Source: Octopus bimaculoides (taxonomy: Eukaryota). From it: a stretch of 38,238 nt of DNA. This document shows, one piece after another, positions 22,371 through 36,500 of this stretch. Numbering within the stretch: the stretch's first letter is position 1; each line of letters opens with the position of its first letter. The position numbers were made by a program, and so were the translations under genes. The DNA lies in NCBI RefSeq assembly GCF_001194135.2, contig NC_068983.1, positions 16,174,635 to 16,212,872 of the forward strand, written 5' to 3'. The notes under the pieces are model-generated. The model saw only the letters and a program-made list of their open reading frames with translations, made no database searches and had not been told where the DNA came from.

Positions 22371-22575
22371 CCTTTTAGCATCTGGCCCAAATATTCTACA
22401 TGTTTTATGTTTAAACTGGCTAGATCCAGCATCTCACACCTACCCAACAATGTCATTCTAAAACTATACAAGCACATCATCAAAATCACAAAGCGACAAG
22501 ATAATGCATGATTAATTCAAAGCAATGTGAATAAATAAGCTTAACATTTAAGAAAGTAATTTGAGCCTTCAAGGG
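22371..22575. mobile_element. piggyBac-type MITE, second family
   Basis: TTAA-CCTTTT ... AAGGG-TTAA. The internal segment is shared with 9255-9385. Confidence 0.7.
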
Positions 22576-23644
22576 TTAAGGCATGGGTGCACCAAGCAAT
22601 TGCCCAGGGCCCTCATGGGTCTATGGGTCCAATTCTGATCCATATATGCTAAATAGTATAGGGCCCAGTGCATTGATTTGCCCTGGAGCTCATAATACTG
22701 TTAAGACAGCCCTGCATAGAGATCAAGTTTGCTATCGTCTCACCTACAAAATTCCATACATAGAGATTCGGAATGTGATTTTTTATTTATTTACATTTAA
22801 TTAAGGAAGAAGAGCAACATCAATGACTCATTTTTTTTTTCACTTCCTCCAAGATTGATGGGAGGAAGTTATCCTCAAACCTCATACCAGGCCTGACCGC
22901 TTATAACAGAGTTTACTCTGCTAAAGAAACCAAAGAACCAAACAGTGACGTTAAATCTGATAAAAGATTAAGTCTACCACCCAAGAGTTGTATCAAATAC
23001 TGCAAAGCATCTTGTCTAAAATTCTAGCAGTTTCGTTAACCCACTATTCTAGACTGGTACTTTATTTTATAAAACCTACAGGGATAAAAAGAAAAATTGA
23101 TCTCAATCAAATTTGAAGTTGGAGCATAAAGAAGCGGCTGGTTGGGCTGTTTCAGAAGAGATGGATTATCACCAGATTTGTATTCAAAAATATTGGTTGT
23201 TAATCTGTGTGGTTACCACATAAAATGCATCCTTGCTGTTGCCATGTAAAAAGCTCCCATGCCTGCGCCACGTAATAGCTCTAGTGGTGGTGCCACATAA
23301 AAAACACCATTTTGTAAAGTGGTTGGTTTTAGGAAGGGCATCTGATATATTGTTTATGCATACTTTGATTTCTCTCTCTCTCTCTCTGCTACTCACTTCT
23401 TTCTCCTAGATATCAATTTTTTGTTGATTTATATCAGCCCCCATTAGTATATACTTTATCAGTCTCAGAAATATGAAAGACCAAGTGAACCTGCTGTCAA
23501 GTATTCAGTCAAATGTTTTTTAATTTCTTGCTTTTTTAAAAATTTTTATTTAATTTCATTTTTTGTAACAGCCCCTGGTCATCTCTGATCAAAATACATC
23601 CCATCTTTTTTTTCTTCACACAACATATATCAAGGATTACACTG

Positions 23645-23945
23645 CCCCATGTGTGGGGCTGCATGACTCAGTTGTTAGAGCTTTGGACTCATGAGGTAGT
23701 GAGTTCATTTCCCAGATCAGGTGGTATGTTGTGTTCTCGAGATAAACACTTTATTTCATGTTGCTTCAGTTCATTCAGCTGTAGAAATGAGTTACGATGT
23801 CACTGGTGCCAAGCTGTATTGGCCTTTGCCTTTCCCTTGGATAATATTGATGGCATGGAGAAGGGGAGGCTGGTATGCATGGGTGACTGCTGGTCTTCCA
23901 TAAACAACCTTGCCTGGATTTGTGCCTGGGAGGGGAACTTTCTTG
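23645..23945 (+). mobile_element. tRNA-derived SINE, family 'D', with a CORE-like domain
   Basis: A-box TGACTCAGTTG and B-box GAGTTCATTTCC, followed by GTGTTCTCGAGATAAACACTTT...CAGCTGTAGAAATGAG (CORE-like by recall). Minus-strand relatives at ~4880-5025, 17830-18070, 19850-20030, 29770-29960 and 34385-34530. Confidence 0.65.
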
Positions 23946-25340
23946 ATGAAATATCATGGTCATTCATGGCTGAAGGGGTTCTTTACCCTTTTCATTGCCC
24001 CATGTGTACTTCCATTCTCAAGAAAATAGGATTGAAGCACTGTTTCTTGCAACTTGAATGGCCACATAAAGGTTCCTTGCACCACCACCTTTGACTTTGA
24101 AATGATTAGTCTTCAATAAAATTATTAACAAATATTTTCGCTTATTCGCTATGGCCTCTATCAGTCAATGTTGAGCAAACTTAGCCAAGATTTTCTTGAG
24201 GAAGACTCGCAGTTGCCTATGCATTTAGGTCTCTCCTCTCTCTGCCACTGAGGTTTATCCATAGGAAAAGGCCTTTCACTTTAGGTTTGGCATTGTTAGT
24301 GTCATCATAAGTGTTGCTGTCAGAATGCTAAGAATTAGAACATAACCACAAGGCATCTCACCTGACCCTCTAACACAACAGTTAAGGCAATCCACCAATG
24401 AGGATGGATATTTTTTTCTTGTCCCTGAAAGAATGAAAGGCAAAGTTGACCTTGATGAGATTTGAACTCAGAGCACAGAGAGTTAGAACAAATACTCACA
24501 ATGCATTGTATCCAAAGCTCTGACAAGTCTGCCTGTTCAGCCTAATAACAGCCAAAGTTTTCTTAAATCACACCATAACTTTAGTATCTTAGAAAAGGGA
24601 TGAGATATGGGACCATGTAGATCAGTGATTCTTAACCTGGTCAGGAATAACCCATTGGAAACATTGTGAATTTATGGGGTGGGTGGAAAATGTTAAGGGA
24701 GCACTATAAGCTAAAAGAGCACTATAAGAGGCACTAAATGTTCAGAGAAGGTTGCAATTTTTTTAGAAAGAAAATGCTTAAACAAAGTGAAATTTTTATA
24801 TTTTAACCCTTTTACTGCAAAAAAGCTTTAGTGAAAGATTGGATGGTCATGTCTGTGAGATCAGTAATGTTCTGGAGTGAAACATCATCATCATCATTAT
24901 CACCATTTAACATCTGACATGGGTTGGATGACTTGACAGGAACTGGCGAAGCCAGGGGCAGCACCAGGTCTCATAGTCTGCTTTGGCTTGGTTTCTAAGA
25001 CTGGATTGGAAGCCCTTTGTAACACATCATCATCATCATCATTTACTGTCCGCTTTCCATGCTAGCATGGGTTGGACGATTTGACTGAGGACTGGTGGAC
25101 CAGATGGCTACACCAGGCTCCAATCTGATTTGGCAGTGTTTCTACAGCTGGATGCCCTTCTTAACACACAGGATATAAAAAAGAAAAAAACAACAACCAA
25201 AAAAGCATGTTTTATTATTGATTTTTTTTTTAATAATTTTTTTTATTACCTAAGGTAATAAAGCAAAGACATTCCATCGTCAGTATTGACCAATGGGGAG
25301 GTGCGTTGACAATACAACTACAGGTATTAGAGTAGCATTA

Positions 25341-25754
25341 TAATTACAATAATAATAATAATAATAATAATTATAACAATAATGTTTTTATTTTCCACAT
25401 GAATAATAATAATAATAAATAATAGTAGTAATAATAATAATTATTCTTATGTAGGGCTTAGAGCCTCATATACAGGGATAATTTGTGACATTCATGCCTT
25501 CCCCAAAGACATTAGTGATGGGTGTGAACAGAATTTCCAACAGTTCCTGGAGTACTAATTCCAGCACCCTGGCACCACCACAGTCAATGTAATAAAAATA
25601 ATATACTGATGATAATAATAATAATAATAATAATAATAATTTTAATGATCATGATAATAACAGTAGTAATGTTAGGAATCATAATTATAACAATTACAAT
25701 TCTTTGTAGTAACAGTATTAGTAGGAGCAGTAGTAGTAATAATAATAATAATAA

Positions 25755-25785
<31 letters not shown>

Positions 25786-25812
25786 CATAATAATAATAAT
25801 GATATAATAATA
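25341..25812. repeat. Two (AAT)n arrays flanking a ~150-bp unique spacer
   Basis: Arrays seen directly at ~25341-25445 and ~25590-25812. Confidence 0.9.
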
Positions 25813-26834
25813 TAAAAACAGTCCAAAAAATGTACAGATGGCATGTGCTTTTAATAGATTCCCTGCCCAACCAATTAGTCAGTCTCTGTGCAGGGGCTGG
25901 AGAGCAACTTGGCAATGTACTGGACACAAATTGATCACACAATCCACACATACATACACACACACTTTGTGTATACATACATACAAATATATATATGTAT
26001 GTATATGTATAGACATGCACACACACACACACACACACACACAACCACTTATGCAAATATACACACGTATGGCACTGAACCAAATAAAATACAAAACAAA
26101 AAAACATAATGTATGGGCAATGGAGGGAGTGGTAGCAGTATTATCATTGCAGTGAAGAGAGGTAACAGGATCATGTTATGAGAAAACACTAAGCATTTCA
26201 GATTAGATATTGTAGTTGGAGTACCTTAAAAGTGTGTGTGTGTGTGTGTGTGTGTATAAGGAATTTTGAAAATACAAACTGAACTGGGCATCATTCATTA
26301 TATATCTTTCTTTCACTTCTTTCAGTTATTGAGTTATGGCCATACTGGGGCACTGCCTCAGAACTCCAGCGCTTGCTTTTTTTTTTTAAGTCTGGTACCT
26401 ATCTCAGTGATGCCCTATAGGTATACTACTAAGTTGTAGGATATAAACAGTCACAGTTTTTTTTTTTATTTTTCAATGTAAAAATAGCATACAGACACAT
26501 ATAAATACACACACACACACATTGGTAATTAATAAAGGATTTCTCCAAACGCTTACCAGTTTGCTGGTATTCAAAATAGGTTATTCAACGGTTAGTATAT
26601 AAATTCAGTAATAATCTTCATATAAGAATTCAGAGATATATTCTATTAGATTTATTCTAAATATATTACTTTTAACCATATATATATATATATATATATA
26701 TAAACAATATATGAGTATATGCATATATATGTACATGTATGTACATACCTTCATCACTGGGTACATGACGTGGCAAAAGAACATGGACAAAATGATAAAC
26801 AAGGTACAACAAACAAGCAGGCCACATAGAAACA

Positions 26835-26877
<43 letters not shown>

Positions 26878-27249
26878 CATACCGGGTTTCTGCAGTTTCC
26901 ATCTACCAGTTACAAACCATTTGCCCAAGATGTCAAGCAGTGGGACCAAACCTTAAATAATATGATTGTGAAGCAAGCATCTTCACTACATGAAATTGCC
27001 TGCACCTACACATACACATTACAAGCATACATACACACTCACAAGTATGTGTGTGTAATTTTTTTTTTAATTCATAATGTATACAATTAAAGGGAACAAA
27101 AGACAATTATAAATTTGATACATTTATGTTCTGTCAAAACACATGTGATGCACAAGTGAGAGCTATATGTATGGAATTTAAACCATGTAAACACTTTGTT
27201 GGTTTCATGAGGACATTGACCAGCTACAATATATATAAATAGAAATATG

Positions 27250-27285
<36 letters not shown>

Positions 27286-28052
27286 GATTTATTGTTGACA
27301 TAAGAATTTAGAAACTTCAAGAGAATATGAAGTAATTCTTTTTTGGAACAGTGAAACTTAGAGACAAAGCTATAAAATAATCCTTTCTACTACATGCACA
27401 AGGCCAGAAATTTTTTTAGTGGGGCAGAGCTAGTCAATTATATTGACCCCAGTGCTCAACTGATACTTATTTCATCAACCCCAAAATGAAAGGCAAAGTC
27501 AACCTCAGTGGAATTTGAACTCACAACATAAAGACATGAAATGTTGTAAAGCATTTTGTCTGGTGTGTTAACATTTCTGCCAGCTTACCACCTATTAAAG
27601 CTTTAAATAATAGCATGTAAAAGTTGGGTTAAGAAAAAGGCCTTTGGATAGGAAAAGTCAAAGGCTGTTCATATACATGTATATAGATATAATTGGTAAT
27701 AATCTATTATATTTTCCTCTTAGTGTTTCTGTTTTCTTTTGGTTAGTATATAACTTCCATCTGGTTTGATCCCAGATTCTTTCCCTGTCAGAATCTCTAG
27801 CATTGTTGTTGATAAACCTGTTGATTTATGGACAATACAAATGTCTGTAACTTCTTTTGAAGTAGACCCTGTGTTTGTGCTATTTTCTTAGCATTTTTTT
27901 CCCCGCAATTTAAACACTATGTGTGAAATAATTCTGAATTTATCTTTTTTATGCTCTAAAGAAAGAGCACTCACAAAATTTGTAACAAGAAAATGTAGCT
28001 AAAGAATGAAATGATTCAATTAAGCCCTTGTTTTTCCATTATTTAAAACAGA

Positions 28053-28276
28053 GTGAGAACCATGTACTGCAATAGCTTGGGATACAAGGGTCCACAACTA
28101 TTTAACACTTTCCCAAAACATCTGAGGGATCGTCATAGAGTGGGGGGATAGAATTTTTTAAGAAACAACTTGACCTCCTGCTATCCAACGTCCCAGATGA
28201 ATCAATATCCAGGCAGGAAACTCAAAAGAACCCAGCAGTGTCAGCCTTCCTCCTTCACCAAAAGCCAATCATGTAG
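28053..28276 (+). mobile_element. Decayed LINE reverse-transcriptase C-terminal fragment (CR1/L2 group)
   Basis: Reads NSLGYKGPQLFNTFPKHLRD, then after a frameshift FKKQLDLLLSNVPDE. This matches the NS...GP.LFN.LP..LR...FK..LD..L..VPD pattern of CR1/L2-group ORF2 ends. Confidence 0.7.
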
Positions 28277-28356
28277 AATTGGCCATTAAAGAGGTGATTA
28301 CACTGGCAGTGCCCCAGCATGGCTGCAGCCTTAGGGCTGAATCTTGTAAAAGAATA

Positions 28357-28389
<33 letters not shown>

Positions 28390-28723
28390 TCTCATCAGTT
28401 ATATCTCAACTAAATCAGGAAGAAGTATTGATGAATGAGAAGTATAATCTTCAAATGATACAGAGGAATAAAGACAGCAAAGAAAATTTCTTGGAGAGCA
28501 TGGTCGCAATTTTTGCATTTTGTGTTCTTTACGTTTTTCTTCAACGTTTCATTTTGTTTTACTTTAAAATATTTAGTTCCAATGGTAATGCCAGTTTGAA
28601 TGGTTCTTGGCTCTATTTTCCACCTTTTCCTCTCAATCTTTACTTTATTATTGTTATTTAGAATATAAATGAAAGAGGTAGGTAAATGTGTATACAGATT
28701 GAAATATTGGTGTATGTATATGT

Positions 28724-28766
<43 letters not shown>

Positions 28767-29299
28767 CACACTCACACATATATGTAGGTATACATGTACC
28801 TACATATAGGTAGGTACACGTATAGCTATACATATATACGTATATATATGGAAAGCTATAAATATATGTATACCTACATGCATAATTATATATATATATA
28901 TTTAGCTGATCTTTGTATCAGTGGGAAGGATATCCTCACTGACTTTTTCTAGTAGTTAATTAACTGAAGAGGATTTGACAAAGAAATTTCATTTTATTCC
29001 ATACACATATCCTGACCATCATAGTTCAAGATTGTGGATTTTATGCTTCCACTGTTGGTCTGTTCTAGGATAGCAATTATTGGTTATGTGGTCCTTCCAT
29101 ATGACATTTAACACAGCACTGAGATTTTGTTGATGGAAATACTCTAAATGTTTGATGTCTCAACAGTAAAGAGTCCATATCTCACAACCATAAGGCAATG
29201 TCTCTATACATACACACACACACATATATATTACATATCTATATATATTTATACAAATATAAAGAAATACACACATACACATTTCTATGTATACCTATA

Positions 29300-29357
<58 letters not shown>

Positions 29358-30652
29358 NNNNNNNNNNNNNNNNNNNNNNNNNNNNNNNNNNNNNNNNNNN
29401 NNNNNNNNNNNNNNNNNNNNNNNNNNNNNNNNNNNNNNNNNNNNNNNNNNNNNNNNNNNNNNNNNNNNNNNNNNNNNNNNNNNNNNNNNNNNNNNNNNNN
29501 NNNNNNNNNNNNNNNNNNNNNNNNNNNNNNNNNNNNNNNNNNNNNNNNNNNNNNNNNNNNNNNNNNNNNNNNNNNNNNNNNNNNNNNNNNNNNNNNNNNN
29601 NNNNNNNNNNNNNNNNNNNNNNNNNNNNNNNNNNNNNNNNNNNNNNNNNNNNNNNNNNNNNNNNNNNNATATATAATGGACTCTCCCATCAGACAACATA
29701 TGAGGTTTCGATAATTTCTTACCGAACTACACAGATGATTTGTTTATAGTGATCAAATGTTTGTGTAGACATAAGGTCACTCCCTCCATCAAATCGACAT
29801 TACCTGTACAAGCGCAACTGGGTGCTACATGTCAGATGTCGAAATGATCGCCGAGCAACATGAAATGAAGTGCTTTGCTCAAGAACACAAAGCAACATCC
29901 AGGCTGGGAATCGAACCCATTATCTCACAATCATGAGTGCAACATCCTAACCACTAAGCCATATATATATATATAGATCATCATCATCATCATCGTTGTT
30001 TAATGTCCATATATATATACACACACACATATAGTTTACTTCAATATATATATATGGCATTGGAAAAGGCAATCAGCCATAAAAAATCATGCCAAAACAG
30101 ATATTGGAGCTTGGCACTTTCTTTTGGCCCACCAGCTCCTGTCAAGCAATCTAACACATGCCACCATGGAAAATGGATGTTAAACAATGATGATGTGTGT
30201 GTATATGTATATATGTTTGTGTGTGTGTATGTTTATTCGTAGGCACAGTGATACCGTTATGAAGTTCATTTCACAGCCATATGGTTTCAGATGAGTTGCC
30301 AATGTGTGGCACCATCATCAAGTGTCTGCTAAAAAAGCCCTGGGCCAATCAATGCCTCATGAATAAATTGTTAGACAGCAAAATGGAGGAAATCCTATTG
30401 AGTGTTTCTGTATTGACCTTGTCACCACTCATAGAAACAGTGACATTTGTTTACAATACTCTGTGTAAACATTGAGTAGTCTGTTGTTTGAAGTAGTAAG
30501 ATAAATATTACTTAGCTTGGAAATTGATGAGGAGAGATAACACAAAGAGTGACCTGTTATAGAAAAAAATCAACCTCAACATGTATTGTCTGCTTCTCGC
30601 AAGTATAGAAATGTGAATACTGAACAATGATAATGATAGAAATTATAGGATA

Positions 30653-30699
<47 letters not shown>

Positions 30700-30909
30700 G
30701 CACACATATTCAGCCTGACAAGCTAGGTTTCTGTAAGAGATCTACAAAACTAAGTTGTATGGGGCTGAATCAAATGATATATATAACTTCTATTATATGT
30801 GTTGAGTGCCTCTCTTTCATTTGTCCACACACCTATATATATACATGCAAACACATATACATACATATCTAAACACATATATACATGTATATACATATTT
30901 ATATTCGTT

Positions 30910-30946
<37 letters not shown>

Positions 30947-30951
<5 letters not shown>

Positions 30952-31566
30952 TGAGTAGAAAGTATATAAGGAGAAGTAAGATGAAAGCAGAGCTAACGGG
31001 AAACTACACAAAAACATAACAGATGGGAAATTAGACAAAGACATGATACATGGAATATTTGCAGCCAAGTTTTCTTCTTCAGTCAATGATGCAAAATATT
31101 ATTGCAGCTTCGTGCCAATTACCATTGATACTGTTCAATTTTGCAGGTGCCAGTGCTTTTTATTAAGCTACTAGGAAAAAGCTAGCGAATGTGTACTAAG
31201 ACAGAAACAAACAAGACATAAATAGAACAAAGAATTATGCATACATAACAGCACAAAGCATATATATATGCATAATTCTTTGTTGTTTTTATATAATGAC
31301 TTGTTTTTTCCTGTCTTAGAACACATTCACTAGCTTTTTCCTAGTAGCTTAATAAAAAGCACTGGTACCTGCAAAATTGAGCAGTATCAATGGTAATTGG
31401 TGTGAAACTGCTATGATATTTTGCATCATTGACTGAAGAAAACTCAGCTTCGAATATTCGGTGTATTGTATCTTTGTCCTATTTCCCATGTTAAGTTTTC
31501 ATCAACTTTCCCATTTGCTCTGCTTTCGTCTAACTTCTCCTTGTTGTATTCTTTCTATTCAACCTT
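30947..31566. repeat. 620-bp fold-back palindrome (arms ~300 bp, loop ~15 nt)
   Basis: 30947-31247 is the reverse complement of 31263-31566. A sampled core segment has 4 mismatches in 79 bp; the outer parts are more diverged. (TA)n tracts lie on both sides. Confidence 0.9.
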
Positions 31567-31602
31567 TGATACATACATGTAGCACAACACACACCTTGTT
31601 TG

Positions 31603-31649
<47 letters not shown>

Positions 31650-33419
31650 CACAATTATATATGTACGCATATGCACACACATATACATAGAACTACATAC
31701 TTGTATATATATTCATATTCATGTATGTTCCCACACTTACTTGTGTGCATCTCTGATTCTTGTAAGAAGCAAGATACCATAAAATATCTTTGCCTGGTAA
31801 TTATGAAATTACTGTCCATTGGTTATCACTAATCCCTGCACATACTGTAATCTATTAATCAATGCTTATACATTGTGCGGCAACCATACATAGTGTGCAA
31901 ATTTAGTGGTCAGTGTTTTACTAAATTGCATTTTTGTCACTTATTGGAATTCTGTGTCCCTGGTACACTTAATACTAAACAGCCCAGCAGTAAAATAAAT
32001 AGTACTCAACAATACAATGTCTAATTGATGTCTGTTCTTTTAGCTTGTACTATTAAGCTAAAATTTTGTAATAGACATGATTGTTAAATAAATTATATCA
32101 CTGTATCCAGTTGGACAACTCAAACAATAAGACCACCATATTCTTTGGTAATGGTAGTGGTGTTGCAGATAAAAAGTAGTTTGAAAATAAAACAAGCTGA
32201 TATTAGCTTTTAAGTAGGTACAGAATCTTTAGCTTAATTGTGCTAATGACAGACTCCCTACACTGCCAATCAACCTGCTTGAGACAGCAGCTGCACTTCC
32301 TTCAAATCACACCCTACTGTCTTTAAAAAAATGATGGAAAGACACTGGATTATGTAGTTCTAGATGTATTGTTTCCTGAAGACAAGACGGCATGCTCTTG
32401 GCTGACCTGAACAAGTTAGATTCATGAGAGCAGGAAAACAGTGAATGCTTGTGTACATTTAATGGAAACTGTTAAAAGTCATCTAACATTGGCACAAGGC
32501 TATAAATATATAGGAGTTGGGAAAGGAAGCTCCAGGAAGGCTGAAAGTTGAAGTCAACTTGGGCAGGATTTGAAACATAGAATTGTAAAAAAAATGCCAC
32601 TAAATATTGCAATATCAACCCTCATGATTACACCCTTACATTGGCACAACTGGTGAGTGGAGAGGCAAAATAGTTGATTTAATCTAAACTCACCCCCCCC
32701 CCCCCATGCTTGAAGGGTATTTGTATTAGCGAATCTGGAAGGATGAAAGTCCAAGACAACACTGGCAGGATTTGAACACAGAATATAATGGGATATCACT
32801 AAATACTGCTAAATACTTTGTCTGGCAATGCTACCATTTCTGTCATCCACTGCTAATATTATCATCATTCTCATTATTAAGATAACACACCCATCAACAT
32901 TTTTGTTACTTTGGACGTGGTAATGGTTTTCTGGCTTACTACCACCAACTGGAACCTTAGGGTGCCTATATCAGAGTCAGCTCTGTCACAAGCATTCAGG
33001 CAAGGTCCCCTGTTTGATTATATCTTCCTCCCTGCTTCCAATGTAGCTCAAAAGCCCTGTAAAAGACCATGGGCACTACCTTCTCCACATGACCAAGAGA
33101 TAAAAAATACAAATGGCAAATGTACATACATCATTGAGAAAAGTATGTACGTATGTGTCTTACTGTATGAATAGATTTTTTTTGAGTGTACAAATTTATG
33201 TGAGACAGAAAAAGAGAATGAAGAGAGATACAGAGAGACAGACAGAAAGACAAAGAAATGGGACAAGGACATCGGAAGATAAAGAGAAAGGAAAAGTAGA
33301 TAGCTAGAGGATAACAGATGTATTGATAGATATGCAGACACACACACACACTTGCACAAAGATGGTTAGCGAGATAAATGAAGAAATAGAGGTAAGAAAT
33401 ACTAATTAACTTCAACAGT

Positions 33420-33551
33420 AAACTGGAACATGAGCAGCAAGGAAATATGAAAACTTGGGACATGAACATCAAAGAAATATGCAAACTTGAAAATGAGCAT
33501 CAAGAAATATGGAAACTTAAGACATGAGCATCAAGGAAATATGAAACTTGG
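33420..33551 (+). repeat. Minisatellite, ~31-bp unit, 4 copies plus a partial one
   Basis: Consensus aaacttgggacatgagcatcaaggaaatatg; units 30-32 nt, directly adjacent. Confidence 0.85.
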
Positions 33552-36500
33552 CAAAATTTTCACAGCAATAATCAAATGGTATAGTAAAAACGTTTTCAGG
33601 ACAAGATTTGAAATTGCCTATACAGGAATATTATCACACTGCTTAACCATAGGGAATATTCAATATTATCACAAGGAAGAGAGAAGCAGGAATTCAGTAA
33701 TGAAACAATATCAAAATACTCTGTTTATATAGATGGATATCAAATAATATTACTAGCTGTCTTGTAATTAGCAAGCTGATTAAGACAGACCAACATTTTT
33801 CTATAAACCAGCCTAATAAACTTGTGAGTGCATACAGGTGTGATGAGCTTTTGAGCAAACTTTGCAGTTTTAACTAATCAGCAAACTAGCTAGCTTTATG
33901 GCTGACATTATTATCTGGAATCTACTGGATGAAAGAGGAAAATAACCAGAAAATTCTGAACATTACATATAACTAATATCTACTTTTCATAAAACCCAAA
34001 AATCTAAATAGTTTATTTAATTCTAAAGGTTCTCTGACGTTGTGATACATTGATGTAACAAATATTTCCACATTTCCAGGCTATTTTATGATAATGAAGT
34101 AAACTGTATCTAACTGGTATGTACTAATGGAGGTTGTAGTTCTTGATTAATGTCCACTTTTACTGGTAGTCAAGAGAAGAACTATTTAATATTTGTCTGT
34201 TGTTTCCAAGAAAAATATTTAGTTCTTACACAGATTTGAAGCTTTAAGAAATATATCACTGTATCAACCAGACTATTGGATATAGTTATATACCCCTAGT
34301 TACAATGCACTTCCTAGCAATGTTGTAGTCTTCAAATGATGCTAACCTACAGACTAGAGAAGCAGGCTAACATTTCCCCTGAACAGGATGCCAGTCTGTT
34401 GCAAGGTTCCCTACTTATAGCTGAGTGGACTGGAGCAATATGAAATGAAGTGTTTCACTCAAAAACACAACACAGTGCCAGTCTGGTAATGAAGACCACG
34501 ATCTTGCGATTGTGAGTGCAACCCTAACCACTAGGCCACAAGCCTTTACTAAAAATATATACATTTTCCAAAATCATGTATAATTGATTCTAACACAGGA
34601 ACAAAGCCAGCCTGAAATTTGAGAAACAGGGGAGGTGATTAAATTGATCCCAATACTTGTACTTTATTTTAATGATCCCAGACGGATGAAAGGTGAAGAT
34701 GATCTTGGCAGGATTTGAACTCAGAACATAAAGAGCCAGAAAAATATATTTAAAAAAAATCATTCCAATGTGATAGTGTCAGAAAATCAGGTGCTAATAA
34801 TAAACCCAAAACTAGTTTAGATGTAATAGATCTGTTTTACTAATATAATCTATGTTTGTTAATATTCCTTCATTATCATCATTATTATTGTTGTAATATA
34901 GATTATTAATACTGGCACAAAGCCAAAAATTTGGGGGACAGGAATACTGATTAAAATTGATTCCAGTACTTGGCCCCTGGAAGAATGAAAGACAAAGTTG
35001 ACCATGGCAGGATTGAACTCAGACTGTAAAGAACTATAACTAAATACTGCAAGACATTGTTCAATATTAATGATTCTGCCAATCCATTGAATATCTTAGA
35101 CATAAAGCTATAACTAAAATAAGGAAAGTGTCTTTTATCAAACACACAACAATGGTGCATAAAGAGTCAGCTCTGGTGGTCATACTCAGTAATAATAATG
35201 GTTTCTATTAATGAACAATTAAGGTAATTTTGTTGGTAAGTGCTATTATTAACTGAAGCAGCTACAATACATTAATCATATTTATTTTAACAAACTCATT
35301 AGAGCAAAATATCAAAGTCAATGTGGAACGGTTTAATCCCATAGCAGTGTGGCTCTTAACAAGATGCATTAATGAATTTGGTGTAGATATCTACAAGTTG
35401 CAGTAGTAGCACTCTGTTCTATTGATTAGATATATAGGGCTGAGTTTAAGAAGATACTAACAAATAAATGTATCTTGAAACAAATTAGTTACATAAATTC
35501 TTTGGTTTAATTATAATGCTTTAATAGTATTATTGCAGCAACTCATGTTTCATGCCCAGTAAAATTTTACTCCACTGGGAATAAATGAAGCATGCTTTAC
35601 TTGACAGCATTCATCATGTTGCTTAAAAAACTAATAATGATTGTGTGTGTGTGTTATGTAGCCAATATAGATGTATATATGACCGTAGGTTTAATAGTTT
35701 TAATCTCTTTAATTCTAAATTAATATTTTCACTTCTATAATAAAATAATTACAAGATAATCTCTATTCTTTGAATGTCATTTCAATTGTATTATTAATCA
35801 TTTTTAAAATTTTTCATTTTTAACATTGAAATGGCTCCTGCCAACATAGAATTCTAAAATATGAATTAGTAAACATGTATGAATAAAACTTCATTTAAAG
35901 TGTAACCCACTACAAAAGGGGCGGAGAGTTACAAAACAGTTACATATTTTTTCTTTCTTTTATATATAAAACACAAATTTACAGCATTGAAGAATAATTT
36001 TGGAGGGCATAAGTTTCATAGAAAAGATAACATCAATTACGCACACTATCTATAAAACACCTAATCATTCTAAAAATTTTTAATTTCAGGCAATAGGCAC
36101 AGCCATTTCTTTCTGGAACAACTATTGTATTCCAAAGATTAAGATATTTCAAGTCAACATGACCAGTAATAGTCAATTGCAAAGGAAATCCCCTTCAAAA
36201 GCTTCCATAACATAAAAATCTTCGAAGAAATTGTTTATCAGGGAGGTTGAAAGAAATTGTTTCACATGAACACTCTAGATCCCCTTCCCCTACATCAGCG
36301 CAACTGTATATTAATAGAAAAACAAGCAGATAGGAGTATAACGATATATAACTTGACCATATGTTCAAACAACAATTCAACATTGTCAATAAGAAAATAA
36401 CAAAAATAAAATCACTTTTTTTTTTCCTTTTTTTCAACAAATAAAAAAGACTAGAGTTGACAATGTCTGCACTTTGAAAGAGTAAGAAAAATACAAAAGA

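Noticed and set aside
22842-22869. 9-bp-stem hairpin acttcctcc-N10-ggaggaagt
   Set aside because: Too short to exceed chance in 38 kb, and no RNA-gene context.
27680-27960. Minus-strand frame of ~75 codons with one internal TAA
   Set aside because: No homology, poor splice signals and an internal stop.
29148-29749. Long ORFs of IYIYI and X
   Set aside because: Artefacts of (TA)n tracts and N-gaps. The same applies to 12-260, 17170-17756, 26605-26956, 28410-28775, 31461-31832 and 37730-38191.
32911-33174. 87-aa + strand ORF with a gtatgt donor near its end
   Set aside because: No acceptor or real ATG start, no recognisable domain, and no partner exons; more likely an old repeat remnant.
33420-33551. 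CRISPR-like appearance of the ~31-bp repeats
   Set aside because: The units are adjacent with no unique spacers, there are no cas genes, and the context is eukaryotic.
36195-36312. Short minus-strand frame CADVGEGDLECSCETISFNLPDKQFLRRFLCYGSF* after a tacag acceptor
   Set aside because: Its phase does not fit the most plausible donor (phase 0) in the 37.2-kb candidate exon, and there is no homology.
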